Source: an uncultured Gammaproteobacteria bacterium
GTDB taxonomy: Bacteria; Patescibacteriota; Microgenomatia; UBA10105; UBA927
Length of the DNA: 64,000 bases
Assembly: GCA_964527425.1 (NCBI GenBank)
Contig: CAZGOA010000001.1
Coordinates: 20,842 to 84,841, forward strand
Direction of reading: 5' to 3'
The first letter of the stretch is position 1. Every line of letters starts with the position of its first letter. Positions 40,162 to 50,656 of this stretch are shown one piece after another. Both the position numbers and the translations under genes were made by a program. The notes beneath the pieces were generated by a model. It saw only the letters and a list, made by a program, of their open reading frames with translations. It was not told where the DNA came from and did no database searches.

Positions 40162-41864
40162 ATCTTAAACTTTAGTTCTGCTGTTTTGTTTTCTAATTTA
40201 TGGATATAGCCATCATAATACCAATATACAAGTTGTTCTTTCAGGAATAACCCGTTTTGAAGATCAACAATTAGTTTATTTATGTCAGTATAAAATCCAT
40301 ATCCTTTATCATTTTCCTCAATATAGCCATGTTCACCAAATGTTTCAAATAATCTATTAGCTATTACTTTATCTGGAATTTTACCTGTAGGGTATAACAA
40401 AACACTTAACACAAAGCCATCCCCTAATAAAAAGGGTGTTCTATTATATTCTCGAATGTAATTTTTATTACTTTCCAGCAGAATAACTGGCTTTTCTGGA
40501 AGTGTTGAAGAAATCTTCATCAATTCTTGAGTAAATTTCTTCATGTCACTACCTCTTATCGCTTCTGCTCTTACCTCCCTATTCGTAATATCTATTTGCT
40601 TCCATATAAAAAAAGTAAAACTTATAATCAGAAACATTGTCATTATTTTTTTATACGGTCGTACTTGAATATATTGATGTATTGCTGTTATCATCCCACC
40701 AATTAGTATCCAAAAAGGCATCCCTCCATAATACATATACAAAGAATTTATATATGAATCATATCTATTTATTAACCGAAAACTTATAGGAATTAGCGTA
40801 GCAACAAACCAAAATAATGATATATATACTAAACGTTTATTAATTGATCGTTTACGTAATAACAAGTATCCTACAAGTAATAATAAAATCGATCCAATCA
40901 CTGAAATAAAATCTGCTAATATAAAATGTACTATACTTTCTCTATTCTCATCATTAAACATAAAATTATAATTAAACTGCAAAAATCCATATCCTAATCT
41001 TTCCATAAAACGGAAAGGAATAAGAAATTGAGATAAAGAAACAATTGGATAATAAACTGTGTTAAAAACACCTTTTGTAAGAATATATACAATTCCAAAC
41101 CCATCGGTATTAGCTACCTTAGATGAATAAATTTTGCTAATTATAAATATACAAATTAATCCGACCGTACTAAGTGAGACAAGTGAAAAAAGTTTGAAGT
41201 GAAAATTATTATTTCTTTTAATGAGATAATAGATGCTGTAAATAAATATTAGTAGAAAGACGTATGCACTCGCATCTTTAAATAGAAATCCAATGCATGC
41301 AAATAACAAAGATATCGTAAAATATATTTTCGACCTATCTGCTTTTAATAAAAACATAATACTAATGAGGGAGAATAAGGCTGAATATAAAGTTTGATTG
41401 CCAGCACCGATCCATGTTAGTGCTTGTTCATACCGAGAAGAAGTTGCAAAAAGAAGTGCACTACTTATTGCCCAAAAGGTACTATTCGTTTCTTTTATAA
41501 CTAATAAATATAAAAAATATGAATTTAAAATATGTGCTATTAAAAAACTTATTATAAACGGAGTTGTGTTGTATGGGGCATAAAGATAAAATACACTGTT
41601 GAGAAATGACCCTAGCATTCTTCCCTTACCAAAAATAATTTCAATAAGTGAATTATTTCTTATATCTGTCCATACTCCATACAAAAAAACATCTGATAAA
41701 GCACGCCACTCATCATGCAAATAATAAACAGAAGGTAAAAAATGATATGCTCTTAAAATCACTATAATAATAAGTGCCAGTACTATGAGTTGCAATGGAG
41801 TTATCCAACGCTTAACGGATCTAATATTCACGCCTGCATGAAATTGATAGCGTTTCTTTTTCAT
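40158..41864 (-). CDS. GT-C membrane glycosyltransferase (PMT_2/ArnT-like); tandem paralog B
   Basis: 'HDEWRALSDVFLYG'; C-terminal 'PFLLGDGFVLSVLLYPTGKIPDKVIANRLFETFGEHGYIEENDKGYGFY'. Confidence 0.55.
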   Translation of the reverse strand: MKKKRYQFHAGVNIRSVKRWITPLQLIVLALIIIVILRAYHFLPSVYYLHDEWRALSDVFLYGVWTDIRNNSLIEIIFGKGRMLGSFLNSVFYLYAPYNTTPFIISFLIAHILNSYFLYLLVIKETNSTFWAISSALLFATSSRYEQALTWIGAGNQTLYSALFSLISIMFLLKADRSKIYFTISLLFACIGFLFKDASAYVFLLIFIYSIYYLIKRNNNFHFKLFSLVSLSTVGLICIFIISKIYSSKVANTDGFGIVYILTKGVFNTVYYPIVSLSQFLIPFRFMERLGYGFLQFNYNFMFNDENRESIVHFILADFISVIGSILLLLVGYLLLRKRSINKRLVYISLFWFVATLIPISFRLINRYDSYINSLYMYYGGMPFWILIGGMITAIHQYIQVRPYKKIMTMFLIISFTFFIWKQIDITNREVRAEAIRGSDMKKFTQELMKISSTLPEKPVILLESNKNYIREYNRTPFLLGDGFVLSVLLYPTGKIPDKVIANRLFETFGEHGYIEENDKGYGFYTDINKLIVDLQNGLFLKEQLVYWYYDGYIHKLENKTAELKFKI

Positions 41865-41867
41865 TGT

Positions 41868-42896
41868 TTACTTTTGATATAAACTCATATGCTGCATTAA
41901 GGAAATATAATATTGAACATTCCGATTTTTTACAATAAGGGGTAGAATATTCTTATCCTTAATACACTGTATTTTATTACGTACGATGTATCGTTTATGC
42001 ATAATTTCAGACAGATGTTTTATATTCCAGAGTACTGATTTTTCTACAGCAATAAATAATGAAACATTCCCTTTAATAAACGCAAACAATGCGAAAAATT
42101 GTACTGCCAATAAATGAATAGGCAACATCAACAATAACCACTCAAAAGATAAATTTGTTAAATAGCAATGAATACGATTTTTAAAGGAATGAAATTGAAT
42201 AACTTGATTGCAAATCTTTGTACTTGTTCCTCCAGCTTTATGATAAACAACTGATTCAGGTACAAACATCATTTTATATCCACTGAGCCAAATCCGATGA
42301 CATAAGTCAGTCTCTTCAAAGTATGCAAAATAAGAAGGATCAAAAATGTGATTATCTATTGCCACAGCATTCAGCACTTTTTTTCTGAAAATCATACATG
42401 CACCTTTGACTGTATAAACTGCAACTGTTTGATTAAAAGTTCCATCATCTTTTTCATGAAATCCATAATGATTTAAGAAACCAGTATTTGTTAAATAAGC
42501 ACCCGCAGCATCAATAATTGTAGGGTTATCCATCAATAATAATTTACTCTGTGCTCCTCCGACATCAGGATTTTGTTCCATATACGAAACTAGTGATGTT
42601 AGAAAATTTATTGTTACTTTTGTATCGTTATTAAGGAATAATATGTAGGTACCTTTCGCATGACGATATCCAATATTATTGGCATCTGCAAAACCTACAT
42701 TTTTATTGTTTATAATAAGCTTAATATTGGGATAGTAACGCTTAACGTAGTCTACAGAGCCATCAGTCGAAGAATTATCTACAAGTATTATTTCAAAGTG
42801 TTTATAATTCTGCTTTTCAAGGGATGCTAAGCAGGATGTTAGCCACTTTTTACCATTCCAGTTTACGATAATAATTGAAACGAGAGGTGTGCTCAT
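41868..42896 (-). CDS. glycosyltransferase family 2
   Basis: 'VSIIIVNWNGKKWLTSCL...IILVDNSSTDGS', 'FLNNDTKV'. Confidence 0.8.
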   Translation of the reverse strand: MSTPLVSIIIVNWNGKKWLTSCLASLEKQNYKHFEIILVDNSSTDGSVDYVKRYYPNIKLIINNKNVGFADANNIGYRHAKGTYILFLNNDTKVTINFLTSLVSYMEQNPDVGGAQSKLLLMDNPTIIDAAGAYLTNTGFLNHYGFHEKDDGTFNQTVAVYTVKGACMIFRKKVLNAVAIDNHIFDPSYFAYFEETDLCHRIWLSGYKMMFVPESVVYHKAGGTSTKICNQVIQFHSFKNRIHCYLTNLSFEWLLLMLPIHLLAVQFFALFAFIKGNVSLFIAVEKSVLWNIKHLSEIMHKRYIVRNKIQCIKDKNILPLIVKNRNVQYYISLMQHMSLYQK

Positions 42897-43615
42897 GAAG
42901 GTTTTCTTATTTTTATAGTTATGAAATGAGCATGTGTAGTATCAATATGACCAAATAGAGATGGCAATGGAAAATAACCTGCACCTTTTACTGCTTCAAT
43001 TTTAAAACTAAATGCTTCTGCATATTCGATTAAACCTCGTATATTATAAATTCGAATATGGAACCAAGAAGGGTGTTCTAATTCACCCCCTCTATGGAGA
43101 GCAAAAGGATTACCAATACCTCTTTTCTTTGCAGAAATATTGGTTAGTGAAAATATCTGCCATCCTAATATACTGGCCGCAATATTACACCAACTAGAAG
43201 CATTTTCAGTACTGATAATGGCGTACCCTCCAGGTTTTAATATTCTATAAATTTCTGACAATAATAAATCAGTATTCCAAAGATGTTCTATTACTTGATT
43301 TGCATGAATTACATCAAACGAATTATTTCTTAACGGAAACTTTTTACTAATATCATGCTTGACTATTTGTATTCCATTTGATTTTGCTATTTTAAGTCGC
43401 TCATCAACAATGTCTATTCCCCATACTTTTTTTGCATGTATCTTATGTTTTAATTTTTTTGTTAATACACCATCATCGCATCCAATATCAAGTAACACTG
43501 CGTTTGCATTCTTTTCTAACAATGAATATATTTGGTTGTGATTATCTTCCACAGCATATTCAAATAATGATTGAAGATATTTTTTATACATATGACCTAT
43601 TTTTGTACCTATCAA
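42893..43615 (-). CDS. class I SAM-dependent methyltransferase
   Basis: 'VLLDIGCDDGVLT' (motif I), 'FDVIHANQVIEHL', 'LKPGGYAIIST'. Confidence 0.75.
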   Translation of the reverse strand: MIGTKIGHMYKKYLQSLFEYAVEDNHNQIYSLLEKNANAVLLDIGCDDGVLTKKLKHKIHAKKVWGIDIVDERLKIAKSNGIQIVKHDISKKFPLRNNSFDVIHANQVIEHLWNTDLLLSEIYRILKPGGYAIISTENASSWCNIAASILGWQIFSLTNISAKKRGIGNPFALHRGGELEHPSWFHIRIYNIRGLIEYAEAFSFKIEAVKGAGYFPLPSLFGHIDTTHAHFITIKIRKPS

Positions 43616-44438
43616 TTATTGCCTTATAATATCCGATTTTATATGGTATACCTTTTATCAATAATAATAGTAAAGAACCTATACTTTCAGCATACAAACC
43701 TTTATGAAATAATCCTTTACGAAATCGCTCTTTGCTAGACATAAGCTTGTAATATTTCGTCTCCGTTTTTGCAGTTTCACCTGTGTATCCCCAACGGTAA
43801 CATTTTTTAATTACTGAACGTATAGAATCTGATTCCATATGTTTAACCGCGTGCCCAAGGGTTGTTATTTTTTTAGTTAATAACCACGACTCATAATACA
43901 ATATTGCATGATCAGGGCCACCGACGGTATCAACTATTGAATGTGGTATTGAAGTAATTGCCTTAAGCAGGAGTGATTTTCGAAAAAAACGAGGTAAAAT
44001 TGCACTTGTATACGGATTATAATCTTTCGCTTGCTCTATTATTTTTCGATCTGCAGCGAATAAATATTGTATTAACGTTTTTTTTTCATACACATCTTCT
44101 CCTAGCGCTAACATGTCATAATTTACAGTCGTACATTTATACACTGCCCTTTCAATGGTATCTTTTTCTAAAATCTGATCACTATCTAGAAGGAGTATAA
44201 ATTCACCTTTAGTTTTATTAATCCCTATAATTCTTGATTTAAGCAAACCACCGTTAACAGAAATCATACTAACATGCTCTTGTTTCGCTATATCTCTTGT
44301 GCCGTCTGTTGATCCGCTATCCATGAGAATAATTTCTATTGGTTTGTATGTTTGACTTTTAACAGCTTTTAAACATAACTGAATAGTTTTTTTACTATTA
44401 AATGTGGGAATAGTGATAGATACTAACGGTTTTTTCAT
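43584..44438 (-). CDS. glycosyltransferase family 2
   Basis: 'VSITIPTFNSKKTIQLCL...IILMDSGSTDGT', 'LLLDSDQIL'. Confidence 0.8.
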   Translation of the reverse strand: MKKPLVSITIPTFNSKKTIQLCLKAVKSQTYKPIEIILMDSGSTDGTRDIAKQEHVSMISVNGGLLKSRIIGINKTKGEFILLLDSDQILEKDTIERAVYKCTTVNYDMLALGEDVYEKKTLIQYLFAADRKIIEQAKDYNPYTSAILPRFFRKSLLLKAITSIPHSIVDTVGGPDHAILYYESWLLTKKITTLGHAVKHMESDSIRSVIKKCYRWGYTGETAKTETKYYKLMSSKERFRKGLFHKGLYAESIGSLLLLLIKGIPYKIGYYKAIIDRYKNRSYV

Positions 44439-44442
44439 AAAT

Positions 44443-45783
44443 TCACTTATATATCAAAATCGAGATAACATTTAATGAACATAGGAATAATAAAAGTAAA
44501 AATGTTGCAAACGTTGAAATAAACCGCAATCTCTTTTCAGGAAAAATAGACATAATTGAAGGAATACCGCAGCATACCAAAAATATTCTATATACATAGA
44601 AGGAAAATCCAAAAATAACTTCCCACGTGTGTTTTAGTAAGGGTAAACCAATCAAGGATAAACTGAAAAAAGTAAATAACGAACGTTCTTTGATAGATTG
44701 GATAAGCATATAGCTTAAAGCGATTATAAGAAAGGGATAAAACGGATATCTATACCACCCATGACCAGGTTCGTTGGGAATACCTAATATATATATAACA
44801 AAATATCCAAAAAAACCTAATAAAAGAAACTTATGTTCTTTAAAAGATGAAAGTAACATAAATAAAGCAAACCAGCCAACATAAATCCACCCATCAATGT
44901 AAATCTCATTCACTAAATATGGTGTTGTAAACAATGAGAATATTCCATCAAATGTAATATCATATCGAGCTGTTTGTAACTTTAGTAAATCAAAAAATAC
45001 AGTTTTATCCCAATACACACCCCAGAGAAAAAACATGCAAAAAGTTATAGCAACTATTACGAAAAATAATATAGCTTCTTTATATTTTTTTACAGAGGAT
45101 AACAAGAAAATACAACTCAATGCAGAACCCCACCAAGGAACTTTAGCAAGTGTTAGTAGCCCACAAATAAGTGCTGGAATTATGTATAACATAGGTTTAT
45201 GTATCAGAGAGTATTTATTACTTTTATGCTTTATGTAGCGGATTGTTAACCAAGTAACTAATACATACAAAGGAATAAAAAAATTTTCATTTTGTACTAA
45301 TCTTGATCCAATAACTACTGTTGGAATTGTTGCATAGAATAATGCAGACATAAGTCCGACTAAATCACCATAAATCTCTTTTGCGAGTAAAAAAACCAAA
45401 TAGATAGTAAGCACACCCAGTATAAGTGAAAGACTACGAACATGAATTAGTTCAACAGTAAACATGTCTTTCGCACCATTTAACAATGCCCATGAACCAG
45501 CTAGTAAACCAAAAAATGGAGGGTGTTCTAAATATGGTTGAACTAACCAAAATGTAGTGCCATATTGATCTATGTAATGCTCCCGCTGATTGTATTGAGA
45601 ATGAGGTGACCAAGATATTGGGACACCTTTTTGAAGAATATTCATACCTAACCAGGTCCAAGCAAATTCGTCAAACGTTGCTCCACGAGGAGGAAATGCT
45701 GTTAAATTATAAGCACGTAAAAAAAGTCCTAATAATAATATGAAAAAAACAATAATAACTTTGTATCTAACTACTAAATTCAT
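44443..45783 (-). CDS. GT-C membrane glycosyltransferase (PMT_2/GT39-like)
   Basis: 'LRAYNLTAFPPRGATFDEFAWTWLGMNI' loop-1 DE motif; about 11 TM helices. Confidence 0.55.
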   Translation of the reverse strand: MNLVVRYKVIIVFFILLLGLFLRAYNLTAFPPRGATFDEFAWTWLGMNILQKGVPISWSPHSQYNQREHYIDQYGTTFWLVQPYLEHPPFFGLLAGSWALLNGAKDMFTVELIHVRSLSLILGVLTIYLVFLLAKEIYGDLVGLMSALFYATIPTVVIGSRLVQNENFFIPLYVLVTWLTIRYIKHKSNKYSLIHKPMLYIIPALICGLLTLAKVPWWGSALSCIFLLSSVKKYKEAILFFVIVAITFCMFFLWGVYWDKTVFFDLLKLQTARYDITFDGIFSLFTTPYLVNEIYIDGWIYVGWFALFMLLSSFKEHKFLLLGFFGYFVIYILGIPNEPGHGWYRYPFYPFLIIALSYMLIQSIKERSLFTFFSLSLIGLPLLKHTWEVIFGFSFYVYRIFLVCCGIPSIMSIFPEKRLRFISTFATFLLLLFLCSLNVISILIYK

Positions 45784-45794
45784 AACAATAATTT

Positions 45795-46916
45795 CTATTT
45801 ACTAGATGCTACAGATAGTAGTAAAGTTTCACTTTTGTTTATAACTTCTTCCCAATTGAGAAAATCTACCCATTTTTTACCTTCAGCTTGATAGTTCTTA
45901 TATCTATCTGCATCTTTATACAATTCAAACGCTGCTGTAGCAAGCTGTTTTGGAGTATTTTCTTTTACTAAGTAACCTGTTTTATCATGTTTAACAACGT
46001 CTTTTAATCCAGGCACATTGTATACAACTGATGGAGTACCCTGACTTGCTGCTTCTAACACTACTAAACCCCACCCTTCTTTTACAGACGCATGTAACAA
46101 TATATGTGATTTTTTCATTAATGCTAATTTGGAATTCTCGTCTAGCTTTCCCATAAAACGAATGTGTTGTTCAATATGTAGATTATGAATATATTTTTTT
46201 AAATAATTGATATATCGTGTTTCTCCACTCCCTACAATATATAGTTGTGAACTCGGCAATTCGTTTAAGATATACCAAAATGAAGTGATGACATCCTTGA
46301 TACCTTTCATTGCAACTACTCTACTAACAAAAATAAAGGTTGGATTTTTTTCTTTTTTAGTGATATTCTTTATTTCTTTTTTATAAATAGGACAAGGTAT
46401 TGCAACACAATTGCTTTTAGGAATTCCCATTTGTTCTAACTCTTCAATCGTAGAATTTGAATCAGTCCAAAATGTAACCGATTTATAGAAGTGAAAATAA
46501 ACTTTTTCAAATATTTTACCTATAGTGCTTATTGGGAAAGGAGCCATATAATCCCAAATTGTTCCTGCTACTTCATGAATAAATGCAATCTTTGGTGTTC
46601 TAGTTGCGAGAGGCGTTAAGAATGGTATTGCATGAATTTCATCTATTATTACATCATACTTATTCCCAAATAATAGAGTATAAAAAAACCCCCATATATA
46701 TATAATTAAGGATCCTGATCTTCTCATTATATATACTCCCTCTACCATCTCATCTTTTATTGCTCCTTTGTAACGAGAGGTAAGCCAGGTAACTGAATGA
46801 CCTTTTTTTACCCAACCTTTTGCATGTTCTATGGTGACAATTTCTGCTCCTCCAGCTTTTGGATGTCTAATATCTCGCCAATTAAGAAGTAAAATTCGTA
46901 ATTTTTTGGATGCCAT
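45795..46916 (-). CDS. glycosyltransferase family 4
   Basis: 'KEGWGLVVLEAASQGTPSVVYNVPGLKDVV'. Confidence 0.8.
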   Translation of the reverse strand: MASKKLRILLLNWRDIRHPKAGGAEIVTIEHAKGWVKKGHSVTWLTSRYKGAIKDEMVEGVYIMRRSGSLIIYIWGFFYTLLFGNKYDVIIDEIHAIPFLTPLATRTPKIAFIHEVAGTIWDYMAPFPISTIGKIFEKVYFHFYKSVTFWTDSNSTIEELEQMGIPKSNCVAIPCPIYKKEIKNITKKEKNPTFIFVSRVVAMKGIKDVITSFWYILNELPSSQLYIVGSGETRYINYLKKYIHNLHIEQHIRFMGKLDENSKLALMKKSHILLHASVKEGWGLVVLEAASQGTPSVVYNVPGLKDVVKHDKTGYLVKENTPKQLATAAFELYKDADRYKNYQAEGKKWVDFLNWEEVINKSETLLLSVASSK

Positions 46917-46924
46917 AGTAATTT

Positions 46925-47731
46925 TTAGCCAGTATTTATTCTGAAGTTTAATTCAGGATCATATACCCATTTTCTTTTATTCCCGTGATCGTAGTATTTT
47001 AATAAACGCAAACGATAATAAATTGCTAGCGTATCTCGCAACATTCCCGCTACCGCTTTGGAAACACTTTTCTTATTTAAACTAGAAGTAATTTGTTGAA
47101 AATCTAACTCTATGGGTGATTCATATATCCGGTCGTATCCTAAATGCTTAGCAACAGCTAATATTTCTATATCAAAAGCAAATTCTTTCACTAATAATCG
47201 AGGAAGAACATCTTCAAGAACACTTCTCTTATATAACTTTAATCCAACCTGTGAATCACGAATGTTTAGACCAAATAATAATTTAATTAGTATTTGATAA
47301 CCAATGGATAATATTTTTCTGTACCAAGGGTATGATATTTTTGATACCGGATGACGCTTACTTCCAATTACAATATCTGCGTTATACCAACGCATATGTT
47401 CTATTAACATGGGAATACCTGATTCTCTAATCTCGCCTCCTGCATCAATAAACCCTATTACATCTCCTTTTGCTTTCGCCATACCATACCTAACTGCATA
47501 CCCTTTCCCTTTATTCGTTTTATATCCAATAATTTTTATTTTGGGTGTTCCTATTTTTTTAACTGCTTGCGCACTGTTGTCGGAAGATCCATCATCCACC
47601 ACAATTAATTCATAAGGAGTGTTAAATAATTCTAATTCTTGTACGATTCCTTGAATATTTTTTCGTATAGTTGATCCCTGATTGTATACTGGAACTATAA
47701 CTGAGAGAAGTTTTGGGAAATCACGATTCAT
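46925..47731 (-). CDS. GT2 polyprenyl-phosphate sugar synthase (DPM1/GtrB-like)
   Basis: 'LSVIVPVYNQ...ELIVVDDGSSDNS...NKGKGYAVRYGMAKAKGDVIGFIDAGG'. Confidence 0.65.
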   Translation of the reverse strand: MNRDFPKLLSVIVPVYNQGSTIRKNIQGIVQELELFNTPYELIVVDDGSSDNSAQAVKKIGTPKIKIIGYKTNKGKGYAVRYGMAKAKGDVIGFIDAGGEIRESGIPMLIEHMRWYNADIVIGSKRHPVSKISYPWYRKILSIGYQILIKLLFGLNIRDSQVGLKLYKRSVLEDVLPRLLVKEFAFDIEILAVAKHLGYDRIYESPIELDFQQITSSLNKKSVSKAVAGMLRDTLAIYYRLRLLKYYDHGNKRKWVYDPELNFRINTG

Positions 47732-48962
47732 GGATGTAGTATACTAAAATAGAAATAAACAAAAAAAGCGTTACTAATGCATTTGAAACGATTAGGGAAA
47801 AGAGTGTTGAGTGAAAAAGGAACATTCCTGCTATTTGAATACAAACTCCAATACATAATAACCTCCATACTCTTGTTCTATTTATAGCAAGGCACATCAT
47901 AGAAAGATAATTTATAGTTGTAATACATGCTAAAAATAATCCATATATTCCTAAATATTGTCCAGCATTAGCATAAGCACTACCAAATAATAATGCAGGA
48001 ATTACTGAAGATAACAATAAATAGATAACTGATATTCCTATACTTATACCTCCCACACCAAGTAGTCCGACTCGTATGATTGATGTATATTCTTTACCTG
48101 ATACTTTTCTCTCAGCTGCCATTGGAAACAACACAATAAGTAAGGCTGATGAAGCAAAAAATATAATTTTCCCAAATATATTGAGAGATGCATATATTCC
48201 AGCATCTTGTGCTTGAAAAAACATCTTTACTAACACTACATCAATGTTATAGAGCATAGTTATTGCAAGCGTTGTCATTAGTGTAGGAAAAGCAAATTGT
48301 ATAGCATCTTTTTTAAGGAGAGAATGATTTACCGGTTTTGCTTTTAGAACAAAACGTAAAGGAAACATTCCATATATTAGGGTAATAACATTACTAATAA
48401 TCATCCCCAATAAGGTAGTAGCTGCTCCAAAAGGCGCGAGTAAAAGACCTGTAATGAGCCGGGTTGCGATATTTATGATTTGATAAATGCTGGATGATAA
48501 AAACTTTTGATAACCATTGAGAATTCCATTGCCAGCGGTTATATAAAATGAAGATGCTACAATTCCAAATAGCCAAATAAAACTCATAAAATCTTGAATT
48601 CTTAGCATTTTTTGCAGAAACGGAATAAATGGAAGAAACAATAACCCACCGACTATACTACCTATGGTTAAATACTTTACTATACGCAGCAACAAACTTT
48701 TAGCTTGTCCTGTATTTCCTTTTGCTTTTATTTCTGAATAAAACTTTGTTAGTGATATTTGAACTACATTGGCTGGAACACTTAAAATGAATAAAAGTGA
48801 AAATAGTGCTGCAAATTCACCATATCGCTCTGGTCCCATAATTCTTCCAACAATAACATGGTATAAATATGCACCAATATTTACGACCATTGTACCGACA
48901 AACATTATTCCGCTGTTTATTAAGACTGTATTATTTGCAAGCAACAAGACATATTTTTTCAT
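47721..48962 (-). CDS. Wzx-type oligosaccharide/lipid-linked sugar flippase (Polysacc_synt, MOP superfamily)
   Basis: 'VGRIMGPERYGEFAALFSL' (RxLGxxxYG motif), about 12 TM helices, 413 aa. Confidence 0.7.
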   Translation of the reverse strand: MKKYVLLLANNTVLINSGIMFVGTMVVNIGAYLYHVIVGRIMGPERYGEFAALFSLLFILSVPANVVQISLTKFYSEIKAKGNTGQAKSLLLRIVKYLTIGSIVGGLLFLPFIPFLQKMLRIQDFMSFIWLFGIVASSFYITAGNGILNGYQKFLSSSIYQIINIATRLITGLLLAPFGAATTLLGMIISNVITLIYGMFPLRFVLKAKPVNHSLLKKDAIQFAFPTLMTTLAITMLYNIDVVLVKMFFQAQDAGIYASLNIFGKIIFFASSALLIVLFPMAAERKVSGKEYTSIIRVGLLGVGGISIGISVIYLLLSSVIPALLFGSAYANAGQYLGIYGLFLACITTINYLSMMCLAINRTRVWRLLCIGVCIQIAGMFLFHSTLFSLIVSNALVTLFLFISILVYYIHES

Positions 48963-49642
48963 ATAAATTTAAATTTAATAAGAGTCCAAACTGCCATAAT
49001 TCCATCTCTCCATGTTAATTTTTTTCCTTCTTCAAACTTTCTCCCAAAATACGATATTGGGACTTCATATATTTGATAGCCAGCTTTCAGTACTTTTGCT
49101 GTAAATTCTGGTTCAAAATCAAATCTGTTGCTTTGTAAGGTAAACGAATTAAGTACGCTTTTTCGAAATGCTTTGTACCCGGTTTCCATATCAGTAATAT
49201 TCGTGTTGTACAAAATGTTGGTTAAAAAGGTTACAAATTTGTTTCCTATTGTATAAAGATACATAGTAGATAAGTGTGATCCTAAAAACCTTGAACCATA
49301 TACCACTTGAACACGTTCATGAGTAAAAGGACTAATAAGTTGTTCATAGTCATTTGGTGTGTATTCAAAGTCAGCATCTTGAATAAGAATAATTTCACCT
49401 TTTGCATGTTTAAAACCTTCAATTAAGGCTGCACCTTTACCTCGGTTATATCGCTGCAAAATTACGTTATATTTATTTTTTACTTTTCTTAATAATTCTT
49501 GAGTACCATCGGTTGAACCATCATCAACAATAATAATTTCTTTTTTCCATCCTTTTATCTGCTGATTTTCCACTAATTTTAATAACTTAAGTATAGTATT
49601 CTTTTCGTTAAATACAGGAATGATAATTGATACAAGTTTCAT
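48959..49642 (-). CDS. GT2 polyprenyl-phosphate sugar synthase (DPM1/GtrB/CsbB-like)
   Basis: 'VSIIIPVFNEKNTI...IIIVDDGSTDGT...NRGKGAALIEGFKHAKGEIILIQDADFEYTP'. Confidence 0.75.
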   Translation of the reverse strand: MKLVSIIIPVFNEKNTILKLLKLVENQQIKGWKKEIIIVDDGSTDGTQELLRKVKNKYNVILQRYNRGKGAALIEGFKHAKGEIILIQDADFEYTPNDYEQLISPFTHERVQVVYGSRFLGSHLSTMYLYTIGNKFVTFLTNILYNTNITDMETGYKAFRKSVLNSFTLQSNRFDFEPEFTAKVLKAGYQIYEVPISYFGRKFEEGKKLTWRDGIMAVWTLIKFKFI

Positions 49643-49645
49643 ATG

Positions 49646-50656
49646 TTAAGATAAACATTTCTTATATATAGTTAGTGTTTCTTGTGCTGTTTTCTCCCAC
49701 GAAAACTGCCGGGCATACGACATTAATTCTTTTTGATTCCATTTTTTATGTACTGCTTCCTTAATACCATTAACAATACTGTTTACATTAAATGGATCAA
49801 CTAATACAGATGGACCTGCAATTTCTACTAAACTAGAACTTGAGGATACCACACAAGGAATTCCACAGGCCATAGCTTCTAATATGGGTAATCCAAACCC
49901 TTCTGCAATAGAAACTTGTACACATACAGTTGCTACACTATACACTAAAGGCAAATCCTCCTGAGGAACAAACCCCAGTTTAATAATGGTATTCTCAGCT
50001 TTGCATTCTTTAATAAGTGAGTTGATTATCTTCACTTCTTGTAATCCGTCATTGAGAAAAGCTTTACCAACCAGTACTAGTGGAATATCACTTTGAGAAA
50101 TTGCTTTAATTAGATTAGGAATATTCTTATTCCAATTAACGTCTCCAACATAAAGCAGGAATTTTTCAGGTAACGAATATTTATCACGAATAAATTTTTT
50201 TTTGTCGTTATCTGCTAGGATAAATTCTGCTCCAGGTGCTAAATAGCTGACAAATACTCTTGATTCTGGTACGTGTAGTGCTTGTACTATGTCTTTTTTT
50301 GATGCATATGAATCAGTAATAATCGCCGTTGCTTTCTGTAGAGTTTTCTTTTGAATGAACCATTTAATATTTCCACGCAGACCAACTGGGAAATGTTTTT
50401 TATAAACTATAGGAATTAAGTCATGTACAGTTACGATAAATGGCACATGGATGTTTCTGGGTAGTGTTAAAAAAAATGGATCAAAATAAGGGAAATGAAC
50501 TAGATCCACATTCGAGGGAATATCACCTTTAAAAGGTATCAGGATACATGTTTCAGAATATTTTTGTAATGATTCCAGTAATTGTTTAGTATAAGTTCCA
50601 GTTCCGCGACCTGCATGAGAAGAAGTTAATGGTGAAATATCTAAACCAATATTCAT
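49646..50656 (-). CDS. glycosyltransferase family 4
   Basis: 'AEGFGLPILEAMACGIPCVVSSSSSLVEIAG'. Confidence 0.8.
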   Translation of the reverse strand: MNIGLDISPLTSSHAGRGTGTYTKQLLESLQKYSETCILIPFKGDIPSNVDLVHFPYFDPFFLTLPRNIHVPFIVTVHDLIPIVYKKHFPVGLRGNIKWFIQKKTLQKATAIITDSYASKKDIVQALHVPESRVFVSYLAPGAEFILADNDKKKFIRDKYSLPEKFLLYVGDVNWNKNIPNLIKAISQSDIPLVLVGKAFLNDGLQEVKIINSLIKECKAENTIIKLGFVPQEDLPLVYSVATVCVQVSIAEGFGLPILEAMACGIPCVVSSSSSLVEIAGPSVLVDPFNVNSIVNGIKEAVHKKWNQKELMSYARQFSWEKTAQETLTIYKKCLS

